Below, piece after piece: positions 1 through 14,092 of a stretch of DNA of 64,000 nucleotides (position 1 is the stretch's first letter; every line of letters starts with the position of its first letter). A program made the position numbers and the translations under genes. The notes under the pieces are model-generated. The model did no database searches. It saw nothing but the letters and a program-made list of their open reading frames with translations, and was not told where the DNA came from. The DNA comes from an uncultured Acidobacteriota bacterium (GTDB lineage: Bacteria > Acidobacteriota > JAQAZP01), in contig CAWIIB010000009.1 in assembly GCA_963836075.1 (NCBI GenBank), positions 608,001 to 672,000 of the forward strand, in the 5' to 3' direction.

Positions 1-522
1 GTCTTCTGGTACAACGGGGTCTACGTCTATCTCAAGCGGTTCACCGCTTTTGCCGCGGTGCCCGGGGCTCTGGTGGGGGCCCTGCCGCCGATGATCGGCT
101 GGGTTGCAGCGGGCGGTGAGTTGGGCGACCCGCTGATCCTGCTGCTGGCCGCTTTTTTCTTCATCTGGCAAATCCCCCACTTCTGGCTGCTGCTGCTGAT
201 GCAGGGGGATGAATACGAGGCCGCCGGCCTGCCCACCTTGACGGCGGTCTTTTCGCCGGGACAGCTCTTCCGCATCACCTTCATGTGGGTTCTGGCCACC
301 GCGGTGGCCGGGATCGTCCTGCCGGCCGTCGCCCGCAACGCCGTACCCTGGTACTGGGGCGTGGCCATGGCCGGGGCCTCGCTCTGGCTGGCGATGAAAG
401 CCGTGGTGCTGCTCCGGCCCCCCGCACCTGACCTGCGGCGCACCTACGTCAAATCGTTCATCCACATCAATATCTACGCCCTGCTGATCACCGTCTGTCT
501 CTCACTGGCCGCCCTGAAATAA
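1..522 (+). CDS. ctaB: Protoheme IX farnesyltransferase (heme O synthase), 5'-truncated by the window edge
   Basis: Frame is open from base 1 (VFWYNGVYVYLKR...). Contains GALPPMIGW and FFIWQIPHFW...DEYEAAGLP, which are UbiA/CtaB motifs. Confidence 0.9.
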   Translation, partial: VFWYNGVYVYLKRFTAFAAVPGALVGALPPMIGWVAAGGELGDPLILLLAAFFFIWQIPHFWLLLLMQGDEYEAAGLPTLTAVFSPGQLFRITFMWVLATAVAGIVLPAVARNAVPWYWGVAMAGASLWLAMKAVVLLRPPAPDLRRTYVKSFIHINIYALLITVCLSLAALK

Positions 523-665
523 CCTGCGGTCCGGGACAGTCCGAAGCGGTTGATTCCTAACGTTTTCCCCTCTCAGACAAGTTATTTTTCGTCAAGTCTG
601 CTCCTGAAATGCCGAAATAATAAGGTATCGAGCAATATAAGAGCATCGCCCTCGATGCTGTACAT

Positions 666-3600
666 ATGTTTAATCGGTCTGGAGCCGGGATGACACCCAT
701 GGGAGCTATTTCAATGCCTACTAAACCAACGGCAGTGTACTGCCTCATCGCGGTTCTGGCGGTCTTCAGCGTCATGGTCACGCCGGCGCCGGCAGCCCAG
801 GGACAGAACGTCACCTTCGATCACATCACGATCAGGGATGGCCTGTCCCAGAGTTCGGTGTTCACCATCCTCCAGGACCGGCAGGGGTTCATGTGGTTCG
901 GCACCGAGGACGGACTGAACCGCTACGACGGCTACCAGTTCGTCACCTACAAGAACGACCCCGAGTGGCCCACCAGCCTGAGTTACAACTACATCAAGGC
1001 GATTCTCCAGGACCGCGACGGTGTCCTCTGGGTGGGCACCTACGGCGGAGGGCTGAACCGCTTCAATCCCGTCACCGCCGACTTTACCTGCCAGCGCAAG
1101 GTGGAAGGTGATCCGCAAAGCCTGTGCAACGACCGAATCACCGTGCTCTGTGAAGACTCCAGTGGTGCGCTCTGGGTGGGGACCGAGGACGGTTTGAGCC
1201 GGCGGGACAGGGAAACCGGACAGTTCACCAGCTACCGCAATGATCCGGCCAATCCGTACAGCCTCGGCAGCAACGCCATCACCGCCCTGGCTGAAGACAC
1301 GTCGGGCCGTCTCTGGGTCGGCACCGCAGACCGGGGTATCTCGCTCTACGACAGATCCACCGGCCAGTTCCGCCAATACGACCTGGAACCGTCCGGTCTG
1401 GGCGGACTACTGGGGGCCAACACCGTTCACTCGCTCTATCTCGACTCCACCGGCGCCATTCATGCCGGCACGGGGTACGGCCTGTTCGCATTCGACGAGA
1501 CCGGGGACCGCTTCGCCAGTGCTGCGGAACAGCGCGGCGCCGGCCAGCTGCGCCAGGAGGCGATCTCCGCCACCTTCGAGGACAGCAACGGCACCTTCTG
1601 GTTCGGGGCGCAGAACAGCGGTCTGTTCAGCTTCGACCGCCGGGCCGAGGAGCTGCGGCACTGCCGCCCGGTGGCCAACGACGACAGCTCCCTCGCCGGC
1701 AGCAACGTCTATTCCATCTACGAGGACCGGACCGGGGTGCTCTGGATCGGCACCGACATGGGGGTCAACAAGCACGACATCCGCAAATCGTACTTTGTCC
1801 ACCACCGGTCGATCTTCCAGGACCCGACGAGCCTCAGCGACAACTACGTCCGCTGCTTCCACGAGGACCGGGACGGTTTGATCTGGATCGGCACCTACGG
1901 CGGCCTCAATGTCTTCAACCCGCACAACGGCCTCTTCTCCAGCAACCGGCACGACCCCGGCAACCCGGGCAGTATCAGCGACAACAAGGTGATGTCCATC
2001 GCCGCCGACCCGGACGGATCGGTCTGGCTGGCCACGCACAAGGGGCTCGACAACTACAACCGGACGAGCCGAACCTTCTCCCATCACCGCCACGACCCGC
2101 TGGATGAAACGAGTATCAGCGACGACCTGGTGCGCGTGACCTTTATTGACAGCGCCGGCGGCCTCTGGCTGGGCACCAGGCGCGGGCTCAACCGCTACGA
2201 CCGCCGGCAGGACAGTTTTACGCGATTTCTCAGTTCGGCTGACGACACGTCCACCCTCAGCCAGGACTATGTCTATTGTATCGGGGAGGACAACCAGGGA
2301 AACCTCTGGGTCGGCACCATCGACGGGCTCAACCGTCTCGACCGCGACAGCGGCACTTTCACCCGCTACTATGCCGATCCCGCTGACAGGACCAGCCTGA
2401 GCAGCAGTGAAGTTCTCTCGCTCTGCGAAGACAGCCGGGGCATTCTCTGGGTCGGCACTACCAGCGGTCTCAACCGCTATAACCAGGCCAGCGACACCTT
2501 CACCTACTACCTGGAAAAGGACGGCCTGCCCAACAACTGCATCTACACCATCCTCGAGGACGGCAAGGGCAACCTCTGGATGAGCACCAACCGCGGCATT
2601 TCCATGTTCGACCCGGCCCGCGAGACCTTCGTCAACTACACCGTGACCGACGGTCTGCAGAACGAAGAGTTCAACCTGGGGTCCAGCTTCAGGAGCAGGA
2701 ACGGCAGTCTCTGGTTTGGCGGGATCAACGGGTTCAACATCATCGATCCCGACGGGATCCGCAAGAACGACCAGGTCCCGCCCATGGTGATCACCGAGCT
2801 GAAGATCTTCAACCGCTCGTCCAGCGGTCGGGTGGAAAAGGACGCCACGGGCACCATTGCCGGCCAGGAGAAGATCGAACTCTCCTGGAAGGACTACGGG
2901 TTCCAGGTGGCCTTTGCCGCGCTGCACTACTCCAACCCGGAGAAGAACCGCTACTCCGTGATGCTCGAGGGTTTCGACACCGGCTGGATCAACCTGGGCA
3001 ACCGGCGCGAAGCGACATACAACAACCTGCCGCCCGGCGACTACACCCTGAGGATCAAGGGCTGCAACGCCGACGGATTCTGGAACGAGGGCGGCGCCGA
3101 AGTCCAGCTCTCGGTCCTGCCGCCGTTCTGGGCCACCGCCTGGTTCAAGATCGCGGCTATCCTCGGCGGCCTGCTGCTGCTGGCCGGCGTGATCCACCTG
3201 CGCACCCGTTCGGTGCGCAAGCAGAACCAGCGGCTGGAGCAGCGGGTTGAACTGCGCACCACCGAGATGAAGAAGTCGAACCGCGAGCTGCGCAAGGAGA
3301 TCGTGGTCCGCAAGAGACTGGAGGCCGAAGCGCGCCGGCGCGCGGCCCAGGCCGCCCTGATCCACCAGGTGGGCCAGCGGTTGAGCAGCGAGCTGAACAT
3401 CGAATCGCTGCTCGGCGACACGGTCCAGGCGATACGCGACACGTTCGACTACTACGGCGTGATGCTGCTGATCAAGGACGAGAAGAGCGACCAGCTGGTG
3501 CTCAAGGCCATTGCCGGCGGATACAGCGAGATCTTTCCTGCGGACCTGACCATCCCGGTGGGCCAGGGCATGGTGGGGCGGGCCGCCATGTCGGGTGCGG

Positions 3601-6260
3601 CCCAGGTGAGCGGCAACGTCTGCAGCGATCCCCACTACATCAGGGTCGCCGACGAGAAGACCACCTCCGAGCTCTCGATTCCCATCTGCAGCGGCGAGAC
3701 GGTGATCGGAGTGCTCGATATCCAGAGCCGGGAGGCCGACGTCTTCGACGAGATGGACATCGAGGCGATGCAGACTCTGAGCGTCCAGATTTCGTCAGCC
3801 ATCGAGAACGCCCGGCTCTACGAAGAGGCCAACACGCTCTACGAGCAGGCCAACAGTGAAATCGAGATCCGCAAAGCCGTGGAGCGGGAACTTCGCACGG
3901 CCAAGGATCTCGCCGAGTCGGCCACCGTGGCCAAAAGCGAGTTCCTGGCCAATATGAGCCACGAGATCCGCACGCCGATGAACGGCGTGATCGGGATGAC
4001 CGGACTGCTCCTCGGCACCCGGTTGAGTCCCGAGCAGCGGGAGTATGCGGAAATCGTCAGCAACAGCGCCGACACCCTGCTGACGGTGATCAATGACATC
4101 CTCGACTACTCGAAGATCGAGGCGGGAAAGATCGACCTGGAAGAAATCGAATTCAACGTCCGCAACACCATCGACACCGTGGTGGACATGATGAGCCTGC
4201 GGGCCGAGGAGAAGGGGCTGGAATTCAACTACCTGGTTGACCAGAAAATCCCCACCATGCTCAAGGGTGACCCCGGCCGGATGAAACAGGTCCTGCTCAA
4301 CCTGGTGAACAACGCGATCAAGTTCACCGAGAAGGGCGAGGTCTTCATCAACGCCGAACTGGAAAAAGACTACGGCGAGGACGTTACGATGAAGATTTCG
4401 GTGATCGACACCGGGATCGGCGTTCCCCAGGAGGGACGGGACAACTTGTTCAAGTCTTTTACCCAGGTCGATTCGTCCACCACCAGGCAATATGGCGGCT
4501 CCGGTCTGGGCCTGGCCATCTCCAAAAATCTGGTGGAGCTGATGGACGGCCGTATCGGCATGGAGAGCGCCCCCGGCTCGGGCTCGGCGTTCTGGTTCAC
4601 GGTGACCATGAGCAAGGGCCGCCAGCTGACCGAATTCAACATGGACAAGGGCCTCGACCTGCGGAGCAAACGGGTCCTCATCGTCGACGACAACGCCACC
4701 AACCGCTTCGTGCTGCGCGAGCAGATGAAATCCTGGGGTTGCAGCTACGAGGAGGCCAAATGCGGGCCGGAAGCGCTGGAGAAGCTGTCCCAGGCCTCGG
4801 CGCAAGGGGTTCCTTTCGACATCGTCCTGGTGGACATGATGATGCCGGGGATGAACGGCGAAACCCTGGGACGGAAGATCATGGGGGACGAACAGCTGTC
4901 GAGTTCGATCCTGATCATGCTCACCTCGGTGGGCCGGCGGGGTGACGCAACCCGGGCCCACGACATCGGGTTCTCGGCCTACCTGACCAAGCCGATCAAA
5001 CAGTCGCACCTCTACGACTGCATGGTCTCGGTGGTTTCCAAGGGGCTGGACGCCCGGATCGTCGCCCCCAAGCTGATCGTCACCAGGCACTCAATCGCCG
5101 AGCAGAAGAAACATGGCGCCCGGTTCCTGCTGGCCGAGGACAACCTGATCAACCAGAAGGTGGCCATCAGGATCATCGAGAGCATGGGCTTCTCCATCCA
5201 AGCGGTCAACAACGGTCAGGAAGCGGTGGAACGGCTGGAACGGGAAAAATACGACCTGGTGCTGATGGATGTGCAGATGCCGGTGATGGACGGGTTCAAG
5301 GCGACCCAGGCCATCCGCACCTCCGATATCATCGACAACGAGATCCCGATTATCGCCATGACCGCCCACGCGATGAAGGGCGACCGCGAACGGTGCCTCG
5401 ACGCCGGCATGGACGACTACGTGCCCAAGCCAATCAACCAGGGAGATCTGCGCAAGGCCATCGACCGCCAGCTCTCGAGAATGCCGAGAGACACGCAGGA
5501 GCCGGATAGTGATTCCGCAACGGACACGGACGACCAGCGGTCAGCGGATGAAGCCCTATTGCCCATGGAGGCCCAGGACCAGGACGACGTCCCGGCGCAG
5601 CCCGCTCCAGCGGGAGATGACTCTCCGGACCATGCCGGGGATCCGTTGCTGGAGATCGCCCTGGCGCTGGACAAATCCCTGGTCCAGGCCGATCCTCCGG
5701 TGGTGGATGAGCCCCCGGTGAAGGAGGTGGACCCGGCTCAGGTGCGCGACCCGCTGCTGGAAATTGCCCTGGCCCAGGTCGAGGCCCCGGCTCTTGACGT
5801 CGCGCCGACAGAGAGTGCTGCCCCGGATGAGGATGATGCCCCGCTTGAAGGAACGGCCCCGGAGGACGTTGCCCCGTCAACGGAGGATGAACCGATGGAC
5901 CAGAACATCGACCGTGAAGCCTATTTCGACCGTTCCGAACTGGCGGAACGCCTCGGCGGTGATGATGAGGTGGTGGAGGAAGTGGTGGAATTTTTCCTCC
6001 AGGAGGTCCCGCTGCAGATGGATGAGCTGCGCAAGGCGCTTGAAGAGTGCGACTTTCACCAGGTCCAGGAACTGGCCCACGGCATGAAGGGATCCTGCCT
6101 CAACGTGGCCGCCGGCACCATGGGCCAGGCAGCCATGGAGATCGAGTCCCTCTGCAAGGAAAACGAGTTGGACAAGGTTCCCCAGGCCACCGACAAGCTG
6201 GCCTGTGTGTTCGACACGACGAAAAAGGTGATCACCGGGCAAAACACCCCGGACGCATAG
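666..6260 (+). CDS. Large hybrid sensor histidine kinase: periplasmic beta-propeller repeats, Y_Y_Y, TM, GAF, HisKA, HATPase, two REC domains, acidic linker, Hpt
   Basis: Signal-like N-terminus (start could be a later Met), many D..G.LW.GT..GLN repeats, [33 protein letters not shown], two receivers (VDDNATN, AEDNLIN) and the Hpt motif AHGMKGSC. Confidence 0.93.
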   Translation: MFNRSGAGMTPMGAISMPTKPTAVYCLIAVLAVFSVMVTPAPAAQGQNVTFDHITIRDGLSQSSVFTILQDRQGFMWFGTEDGLNRYDGYQFVTYKNDPEWPTSLSYNYIKAILQDRDGVLWVGTYGGGLNRFNPVTADFTCQRKVEGDPQSLCNDRITVLCEDSSGALWVGTEDGLSRRDRETGQFTSYRNDPANPYSLGSNAITALAEDTSGRLWVGTADRGISLYDRSTGQFRQYDLEPSGLGGLLGANTVHSLYLDSTGAIHAGTGYGLFAFDETGDRFASAAEQRGAGQLRQEAISATFEDSNGTFWFGAQNSGLFSFDRRAEELRHCRPVANDDSSLAGSNVYSIYEDRTGVLWIGTDMGVNKHDIRKSYFVHHRSIFQDPTSLSDNYVRCFHEDRDGLIWIGTYGGLNVFNPHNGLFSSNRHDPGNPGSISDNKVMSIAADPDGSVWLATHKGLDNYNRTSRTFSHHRHDPLDETSISDDLVRVTFIDSAGGLWLGTRRGLNRYDRRQDSFTRFLSSADDTSTLSQDYVYCIGEDNQGNLWVGTIDGLNRLDRDSGTFTRYYADPADRTSLSSSEVLSLCEDSRGILWVGTTSGLNRYNQASDTFTYYLEKDGLPNNCIYTILEDGKGNLWMSTNRGISMFDPARETFVNYTVTDGLQNEEFNLGSSFRSRNGSLWFGGINGFNIIDPDGIRKNDQVPPMVITELKIFNRSSSGRVEKDATGTIAGQEKIELSWKDYGFQVAFAALHYSNPEKNRYSVMLEGFDTGWINLGNRREATYNNLPPGDYTLRIKGCNADGFWNEGGAEVQLSVLPPFWATAWFKIAAILGGLLLLAGVIHLRTRSVRKQNQRLEQRVELRTTEMKKSNRELRKEIVVRKRLEAEARRRAAQAALIHQVGQRLSSELNIESLLGDTVQAIRDTFDYYGVMLLIKDEKSDQLVLKAIAGGYSEIFPADLTIPVGQGMVGRAAMSGAAQVSGNVCSDPHYIRVADEKTTSELSIPICSGETVIGVLDIQSREADVFDEMDIEAMQTLSVQISSAIENARLYEEANTLYEQANSEIEIRKAVERELRTAKDLAESATVAKSEFLANMSHEIRTPMNGVIGMTGLLLGTRLSPEQREYAEIVSNSADTLLTVINDILDYSKIEAGKIDLEEIEFNVRNTIDTVVDMMSLRAEEKGLEFNYLVDQKIPTMLKGDPGRMKQVLLNLVNNAIKFTEKGEVFINAELEKDYGEDVTMKISVIDTGIGVPQEGRDNLFKSFTQVDSSTTRQYGGSGLGLAISKNLVELMDGRIGMESAPGSGSAFWFTVTMSKGRQLTEFNMDKGLDLRSKRVLIVDDNATNRFVLREQMKSWGCSYEEAKCGPEALEKLSQASAQGVPFDIVLVDMMMPGMNGETLGRKIMGDEQLSSSILIMLTSVGRRGDATRAHDIGFSAYLTKPIKQSHLYDCMVSVVSKGLDARIVAPKLIVTRHSIAEQKKHGARFLLAEDNLINQKVAIRIIESMGFSIQAVNNGQEAVERLEREKYDLVLMDVQMPVMDGFKATQAIRTSDIIDNEIPIIAMTAHAMKGDRERCLDAGMDDYVPKPINQGDLRKAIDRQLSRMPRDTQEPDSDSATDTDDQRSADEALLPMEAQDQDDVPAQPAPAGDDSPDHAGDPLLEIALALDKSLVQADPPVVDEPPVKEVDPAQVRDPLLEIALAQVEAPALDVAPTESAAPDEDDAPLEGTAPEDVAPSTEDEPMDQNIDREAYFDRSELAERLGGDDEVVEEVVEFFLQEVPLQMDELRKALEECDFHQVQELAHGMKGSCLNVAAGTMGQAAMEIESLCKENELDKVPQATDKLACVFDTTKKVITGQNTPDA

Positions 6261-6294
6261 GGCGAACCGGCCTGGAAAACCTCTGTGCCCCACG

Positions 6295-6327
6295 ACCGGA
6301 TCCGGCGGACCGTCGGATCCGGTTTTC
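6295..6327 (+). terminator. Probable intrinsic terminator after the kinase gene
   Basis: ACCGGATCCGGCGG / CCGTCGGATCCGGT inverted repeat followed by a T run. Confidence 0.55.
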
Positions 6328-6456
6328 TGTTGTACGCCCCGCCCGGCCCGTCGAAAAATCTTGTGAACAACCCCGCCATCGAACATAATAAATGGTTGAC
6401 ACAAACAATGGACAACAGCACGGCCGGCGCCACACCCGTCCCAGCGGAGAAGGAAA

Positions 6457-9111
<2,655 letters not shown>

Positions 9112-9143
9112 CCCGGGTCACGAAGACGTGACATGGCCAGGCT

Positions 9144-9569
9144 TCAGGGCAGCCCCGCCGGCCGGGTTTCGACCCCGCCGGCCCGCAGTGTGCCCTTGAT
9201 CTCCAGGACATGGAAAATCCAGATATGGTCCTGGTCATCCTGCCTGGCCTTGACCACCACCTGCGGGCTGCTTTCGCCGGTGGTGGTGATCGACCGGGGG
9301 TCGAGGTCGAATTCGGCCTTCTGGAAATAAGCCGCCCGCTGGCGAAAGCCTTCCGCATTGGTCCAGGTGCCGCCGTCCCGGGCCCATAGCTCCTCGACCC
9401 GGGCCTGGTCCCCGGCCTGGAAAGCCTCGATCAGGGCAATCACCACTTCGACTTCAGGAGACACCTCCTGCGCCCCCGGGGCTGCGTCCGACAGATCGGC
9501 GGCAGTGGAACCTCCACATCCGCAGACCACAATCAGGAACAGCAGAATCCACGATCTCATTTTCGACAT
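9144..9569 (-). CDS. Hypothetical lipoprotein
   Basis: ATG at 9569 after a purine-rich RBS. MSKMRSWILLFLIVVCGC is a signal peptide with a lipobox-like Cys. Confidence 0.65.
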   Translation of the reverse strand: MSKMRSWILLFLIVVCGCGGSTAADLSDAAPGAQEVSPEVEVVIALIEAFQAGDQARVEELWARDGGTWTNAEGFRQRAAYFQKAEFDLDPRSITTTGESSPQVVVKARQDDQDHIWIFHVLEIKGTLRAGGVETRPAGLP

Positions 9570-9650
9570 ACTCTCACCCTCCTGGTTGGATAGATCGTTG
9601 TCTTGTGTCACCCACCGCTTCCGCAGCATCGACCGAGAACCGCCTCGCCC

Positions 9651-10235
9651 CTACCAGGGCGAACTGATCCTGGCCCGGAAACGTCCTTCGGTGAGTACCA
9701 TGTTGGGCAGAGTATTGTCGGTGTGCGGGAGGGAGACTTCGGTGAAACTGCCTTCCACCACGCCGTCAGCGCCAAACTTTTCCACGTGGATCCTGCCCGG
9801 TCCGGCCCATTCCTCACCGCTCTCATCGATGAAGCCGAACCCGATGGACGCCATGGCGAGCATCGGATCCATCGGCTTGCTCATGTCTTTGGATGGGGGC
9901 AGGTCCGCCGGAAAGGCCGCCTTCTTCAGATCCAGCGAGAGAAAAATAATCCTCAGACTCTCGCCGGAACCGGCCGCGGGAAAGGCTTTGATCGCGCTCG
10001 ATACCGGCGTGTAGAAGTTATCGCCGGCCGGCAGGTGATCATAACGCTTCGCTATCCCATCCGCCTCGAAGACAAAACTCCCCTCAACCACGGCTTCCTT
10101 GACCGGTTGGGCCACCGCTTTATCCGGCGACGATGAGGTGCGAGCGGTCTTCTCCGGTGCCGCCTCTCCTCCCGCTCCGCAGCTGAACAGAGAGACCGCT
10201 ACGATCAGGGTTATCATCAGAATTCGAAGATGCAT
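9651..10235 (-). CDS. Hypothetical lipoprotein
   Basis: MHLRILMITLIVAVSLFSC lipoprotein signal; AGGAG RBS. Confidence 0.7.
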   Translation of the reverse strand: MHLRILMITLIVAVSLFSCGAGGEAAPEKTARTSSSPDKAVAQPVKEAVVEGSFVFEADGIAKRYDHLPAGDNFYTPVSSAIKAFPAAGSGESLRIIFLSLDLKKAAFPADLPPSKDMSKPMDPMLAMASIGFGFIDESGEEWAGPGRIHVEKFGADGVVEGSFTEVSLPHTDNTLPNMVLTEGRFRARISSPW

Positions 10236-10511
10236 CTTCCACTCCTTCTGAACACCCGACTGGATTCTCAGTCGATTCTGTTTTATCGATAAAATTTGTC
10301 TACCATTAACAGGATAGGGGAATTTCTCCCCCCGGTCAAGCGGCCGCCAGCTCCCGGCAGACCGCAGGAAGGGATGGAATGATCAAAATGAACAAGGAGT
10401 TGAGTTAGTAGAGAAAATTTTGTGTTTTCAATGGGAAAGTCGAAAAATTGACCAGGAAATAGCGGAATCCGATGGTGATACGCTGAAATATGACCTGCTT
10501 GCAGGCATATT

Positions 10512-11900
10512 TCAGGGTTTTCCCTTCAAACCGGTCATCGTCCCGGGCTCGAGCAGCTGTTTCAGCTGATCCTCGGGCATGTCGGTCATCTCCAGGGCCA
10601 CCTCGAGCACCGGGCGACCTTCGGCGTAGGCCCGTTTGGCGATGGCCGCGGCCTTTTCGTACCCCACCACCGGATTGAGCGCCGTCACCAGAATCGGGTT
10701 GCGGGCCAGGGCCTGGCCCAGCCGCTCCCGGTTGACCGTGAAGCCGGCGATGGCCCGGTCGGCCAGCAGGCGGGCGCTGTTGCTCAACAGTGCGATACTC
10801 TCCAGCAGGTTGCGGGCGATCAGCGGCAGCTGCACGTTGAGCTGGAAGCTGCCCGACTGGCCGGCCAGGGCGACGGCCGCGTCGTTGCCCACCACCTGGG
10901 CGCAGACCATGGCCACCGACTCGGGGATCACCGGGTTGACCTTGCCCGGCATGATGCTGCTGCCGGGCTGCAGGGCGGGCAGCGCGATCTCCCCCAGCCC
11001 GGCCAGCGGGCCGGAGTTCATCCAGCGCAGATCGTTGGCGATCTTGGTCAGACCCACGGCCAGGGTCCGCAGCTGGCCGCTCATCTCCACCGCCGCATCC
11101 TGGCCGCCCATGGCGGCGAAGTGGTCACCGGCAATCTCGAAATCGATGCCGGTCTTCTCCGACAGCCGACGGGCCACACCATCGGAAAAGCGCGGGTGGG
11201 CGTTGAGACCGGTGCCCACTGCAGTGCCGCCCAGGGCCAGGCGCCGGAGACGCGCCAGCGAACCCTCGATGCGCTCGATCCCTTCCCGCACCTGGGCTGC
11301 CCAGCCGCCCAGTTCCTGGCCCAGGGTCAACGGCAGGGCATCCATCAGGTGGGTCCGGCCGGTCTTCACCACGCCGGACAGCTCCACCGCCCGGGCCTCG
11401 ATGGTCTCGGCCAGGTGGTCCAGGGCGGGCAGCAGCCGCCGGTGAATCTCCAGGCAGGCGGCCAGGTGTATGGCCGATGGGACCACGTCGTTGCTGCTCT
11501 GCCCCATGTTCACCTGGTCGTTGGGGTGGACCGGCTCCTCCAGACGTTCGGAAGCGATGCGGGCGATCACCTCGTTGGCGTTCATGTTGCTGCTGGTCCC
11601 CGACCCGGTCTGGAAGACGTCCACCGGGAACTGGCCGTCGTGCTTCCCCTCCTCCACCTCGGTGGCCGCCGCGGCGATGGCCTCGGCCACCCCGGCGTCG
11701 AGGAGGCCCAGTTCGGCGTTCACCGCGGCCGCGGCGCCCTTGATCATGGCCAGCGCCCGGATGAACGGCAGCGGCATGGCCATCCCGCTCACCGGGAAAT
11801 TCTCCACCGCCCGCTGGGTTTGTGCGCCGTAAAGGGCGTCGGCCGGAACCTCGATCTCACCCAGGCTGTCGTGTTCGGTGCGGGTTGCTTCGTCGCTCAT
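10512..11900 (-). CDS. fumC: Class II fumarate hydratase
   Basis: [19 protein letters not shown] and [11 protein letters not shown] signature. Start at MSDEATR after GAGGAGG. Confidence 0.97.
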   Translation of the reverse strand: MSDEATRTEHDSLGEIEVPADALYGAQTQRAVENFPVSGMAMPLPFIRALAMIKGAAAAVNAELGLLDAGVAEAIAAAATEVEEGKHDGQFPVDVFQTGSGTSSNMNANEVIARIASERLEEPVHPNDQVNMGQSSNDVVPSAIHLAACLEIHRRLLPALDHLAETIEARAVELSGVVKTGRTHLMDALPLTLGQELGGWAAQVREGIERIEGSLARLRRLALGGTAVGTGLNAHPRFSDGVARRLSEKTGIDFEIAGDHFAAMGGQDAAVEMSGQLRTLAVGLTKIANDLRWMNSGPLAGLGEIALPALQPGSSIMPGKVNPVIPESVAMVCAQVVGNDAAVALAGQSGSFQLNVQLPLIARNLLESIALLSNSARLLADRAIAGFTVNRERLGQALARNPILVTALNPVVGYEKAAAIAKRAYAEGRPVLEVALEMTDMPEDQLKQLLEPGTMTGLKGKP

Positions 11901-11934
11901 CGGGGGTCCTCCTCTCGCTGGTCTACGATATATC

Positions 11935-13233
11935 TTAATGCCTGTGGACCCCAAGTTGCACCACGTCCCGGCCGAAGATCAGGTCGAGGGTCCAGTCGAG
12001 GGCCACCCGCACCTTGCGCGCCAGACCCGGCATCTTGGAGAGGTAGACTGAGCGCCAGAGAAACCAGGCCAGGAACCCGGAGAGCTTGATCCCGAAAATC
12101 TTCGCCACCCCGGTGCGGCAGCCCAGGGCGGCCAGGGTGCCGATGGTCTTGTAGACGAAGGGCCGGGGTTTCTCGCCGGCGGCCAGCCGCAGCAGCGTCC
12201 GGGCCAGGTGCACCCCCTGGCGCACGGCGTTCTGTGCCGTGGGGGCATAGGCTTTTCCCTCAGGGTCGGGGTTGATCGCCGCGTCGCCGATGGCCCAGAC
12301 ATTGTCGAAACCGCGGACCCGCAGGTCCGGCTCGCAGAGGATGTAGCCCAGCTTGTCGAAGGGCAGCGGCAGCCGGGCCAGCAGCGGGTTGGGCGCGATC
12401 CCGGCGCACCAGATCACCGTCTCGCTCTCCAGCCGCCGGCCGTCACCCAGCATCACGTGATCAGCGGCGATGGAGTGGACCGAGCTTTCGAGCAGCAGAT
12501 CGATGCCCCGGGCCGTGAGCTTCTCCGCCGCGTAGGCGGAAAGGTCTTCGTCCAGGGCGGGGAGGATCCGCTCGCTGATTTCGACCATGCTCACCCTGCA
12601 GAGGCCCGGGTTGAGGCTGGGGTAGTGCTCGCACGCCTCGGCAAGGAACTCGCTAAACTCGCCAGCCACCTCCACACCGGTGAAGCTGCCGCCCACCACC
12701 ACGAAGTGCAGCAGCCGGCGGCGCTGCTCCTCCGAGCCGGCGGCGTCGGCCCGCTCCAGAACCTGGATCGCGTGGTCCCTGAGGGCCACCGCCTCCACCA
12801 GGCTCTTCAGCTCGAACCCGTGTTCCCGCAGCCCCTCGATGGGCGGCAGCCGGGTGACGCTGCCCAGCGAGATCACCAGCTGATCGTAGTGCAGCTGTTC
12901 GACCACGTCCGACCCCGACATGCGGTAGGAGACGGTTTGCGCGCCGGTGTCCACCCCCTCGATGTCGGCCATGCGGAAGGTGCAGCGGCCGGTGAAGTCG
13001 CGGATGGAGACCACGGTGTGCCTCGGGTGCAGGCTGCCGGTGCCCGCCTCCACAAGCAGGGGGTAGAAGATGAAGTAGTTGTGGCGGTCGATGATGGTGA
13101 CGTCCACCTCGCCCCGCCGCACGGCCCTGTCCAGCGCCTGGGCGCAGTAGGCCCCGCCGAACCCGCCGCCCAGGATCACCAGGTGCGGCCGCGGACGGCC
13201 GTTGGCCCTAACCGTGACATCTCCCCTCTTCAT
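11935..13233 (-). CDS. ndh: Type II NADH dehydrogenase (NAD(P)/FAD-dependent oxidoreductase)
   Basis: Two Rossmann motifs ([24 protein letters not shown]), WAIGDAA, APTAQNA, and a C-terminal amphipathic [10 protein letters not shown] segment. Confidence 0.9.
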   Translation of the reverse strand: MKRGDVTVRANGRPRPHLVILGGGFGGAYCAQALDRAVRRGEVDVTIIDRHNYFIFYPLLVEAGTGSLHPRHTVVSIRDFTGRCTFRMADIEGVDTGAQTVSYRMSGSDVVEQLHYDQLVISLGSVTRLPPIEGLREHGFELKSLVEAVALRDHAIQVLERADAAGSEEQRRRLLHFVVVGGSFTGVEVAGEFSEFLAEACEHYPSLNPGLCRVSMVEISERILPALDEDLSAYAAEKLTARGIDLLLESSVHSIAADHVMLGDGRRLESETVIWCAGIAPNPLLARLPLPFDKLGYILCEPDLRVRGFDNVWAIGDAAINPDPEGKAYAPTAQNAVRQGVHLARTLLRLAAGEKPRPFVYKTIGTLAALGCRTGVAKIFGIKLSGFLAWFLWRSVYLSKMPGLARKVRVALDWTLDLIFGRDVVQLGVHRH

Positions 13234-13399
13234 TCCACATCTCCTGGAGCATCATGGCCCCGGATTAATTATGGAACCTAGAGCGAATTAGTCAATCATT
13301 AAATTGAGGGAGGAGAGCCTGTCATTGCGAGCGAAGCGAAGCAATCTCCATTTCAGCCCTAATGGCTCTTTTGAGATTGCTTCGTCGCCTTCGGCTCTA

Positions 13400-13807
13400 A
13401 CCTTGAGAAGACCGTAGGCATGGAGCTTCCGGATCCACTGGCAGTCAAGCACGTCCGTCTTCTTCCGCCCCGGCACGTTCCTGGACTGGCGGGCATCCAC
13501 CAGTACCACCTCCAGCCCATGCTGCTCCAGCACATTGGCCACCGGGACCCAGTAGACCCCGGTACCTCTCCATCGCTACTGTCGTGACGCCGCAACTGGT
13601 CAGCCAACGGCCCATCTCATGCAGGTCAGGTGTCTTGCAGTCAAACGAACGAACCGGCTGCTCATCCCGCTCCGGTGATACCGCCACCAGATGCTTGCGG
13701 GATCCCACGTCGATACCAGCCGCCGAAGGGTTGACCTGCTCCATCGTCTCGTCCAGCTTCTTCATCTTTGACCGTGACTTCTCTCGCTTCTTCTTGCTAT
13801 CCTTCAT
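13400..13807 (-). pseudogene. IS110-family transposase, N-terminal RuvC (DEDD) domain only; +1 frameshift at ~13565; truncated after AYGLLK
   Basis: AAGIDVGS; VAME-STGVYW is restored by removing one G; RNVPGRKKTDVLDCQWI. The C-terminal Tnp20 domain is absent. Confidence 0.9.
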
Positions 13808-13810
13808 CTG

Positions 13811-14066
13811 ACAGTTCCTTGTGTGGTGGTTAACTTCTGGCCCTGGCCCGGAGGAGATCGTCGAGTAATCTCTTAAACGGGATAGCTTCGTTCGGGCGCC
13901 TAACCAGAATCGGAGCTTCACCAATCAGACCTTCTCCTACCCCGGAACCAGGCTCGCAAGCGGGCAACAGTGCTCCAATGTGCCGCCGGTCATTGCTGCC
14001 AGGACCGTGAAAGCCTAACTGTACAAGGAACTGTTTCTTTTACATATCTCCCGCTGCCCCAGCGGG
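13811..14066. ncRNA. Candidate IS110 bridge-RNA-type non-coding region
   Basis: Lies upstream of the transposase. Two similar units (..AA(A/G)CGGG...CCAAT..), an enclosing 12-bp inverted repeat (13811-13822 / 14023-14034), a terminal hairpin CCCGCTG/CAGCGGG (14050-14066), and a 9-nt match to the insertion junction. The transcribed strand cannot be determined from sequence. Confidence 0.55.
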
Positions 14067-14092
14067 TCGGGGGCTCGCAATGACATTTCCGG

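Larger units (their letters stand above)
13398..14073 (-). mobile_element. Truncated IS110-family insertion sequence (upstream non-coding region plus 5' part of the transposase)
   Basis: A DEDD/RuvC transposase fragment and a ~265-bp structured non-coding region lie exactly between the two halves of the palindrome. Confidence 0.8.
13320..14085. repeat. REP-like palindromic element split by an IS110 insertion (left part 13320-13397, right arm 14073-14085)
   Basis: Perfect 13-bp inverted repeat TGTCATTGCGAGC (13320-13332) / GCTCGCAATGACA (14073-14085). Inner 12-bp inverted repeat CGAAGCAATCTC (13337-13348) / GAGATTGCTTCG (13373-13384). Confidence 0.8.

Noticed and set aside
800-2760. Recurrent CTCTGGGTCGGCACC-like sequences that could suggest an array
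   Set aside because: These are degenerate in-frame beta-propeller coding repeats (LW.GT), not CRISPR repeats.
1407-3635. 742-aa minus-strand ORF (similarly 14108-16516, 31404-33359, 35344-37098, 53695-55881)
   Set aside because: Antisense shadows of well-supported genes, expected from high-GC codon bias; they carry no motifs of their own.
13445-13924. 159-aa ORF starting at 13924, and the 84-aa ORF 13288-13542, as independent genes
   Set aside because: Both are pieces of one frameshifted transposase starting at 13807. Their extensions run through the non-coding region and the palindrome.
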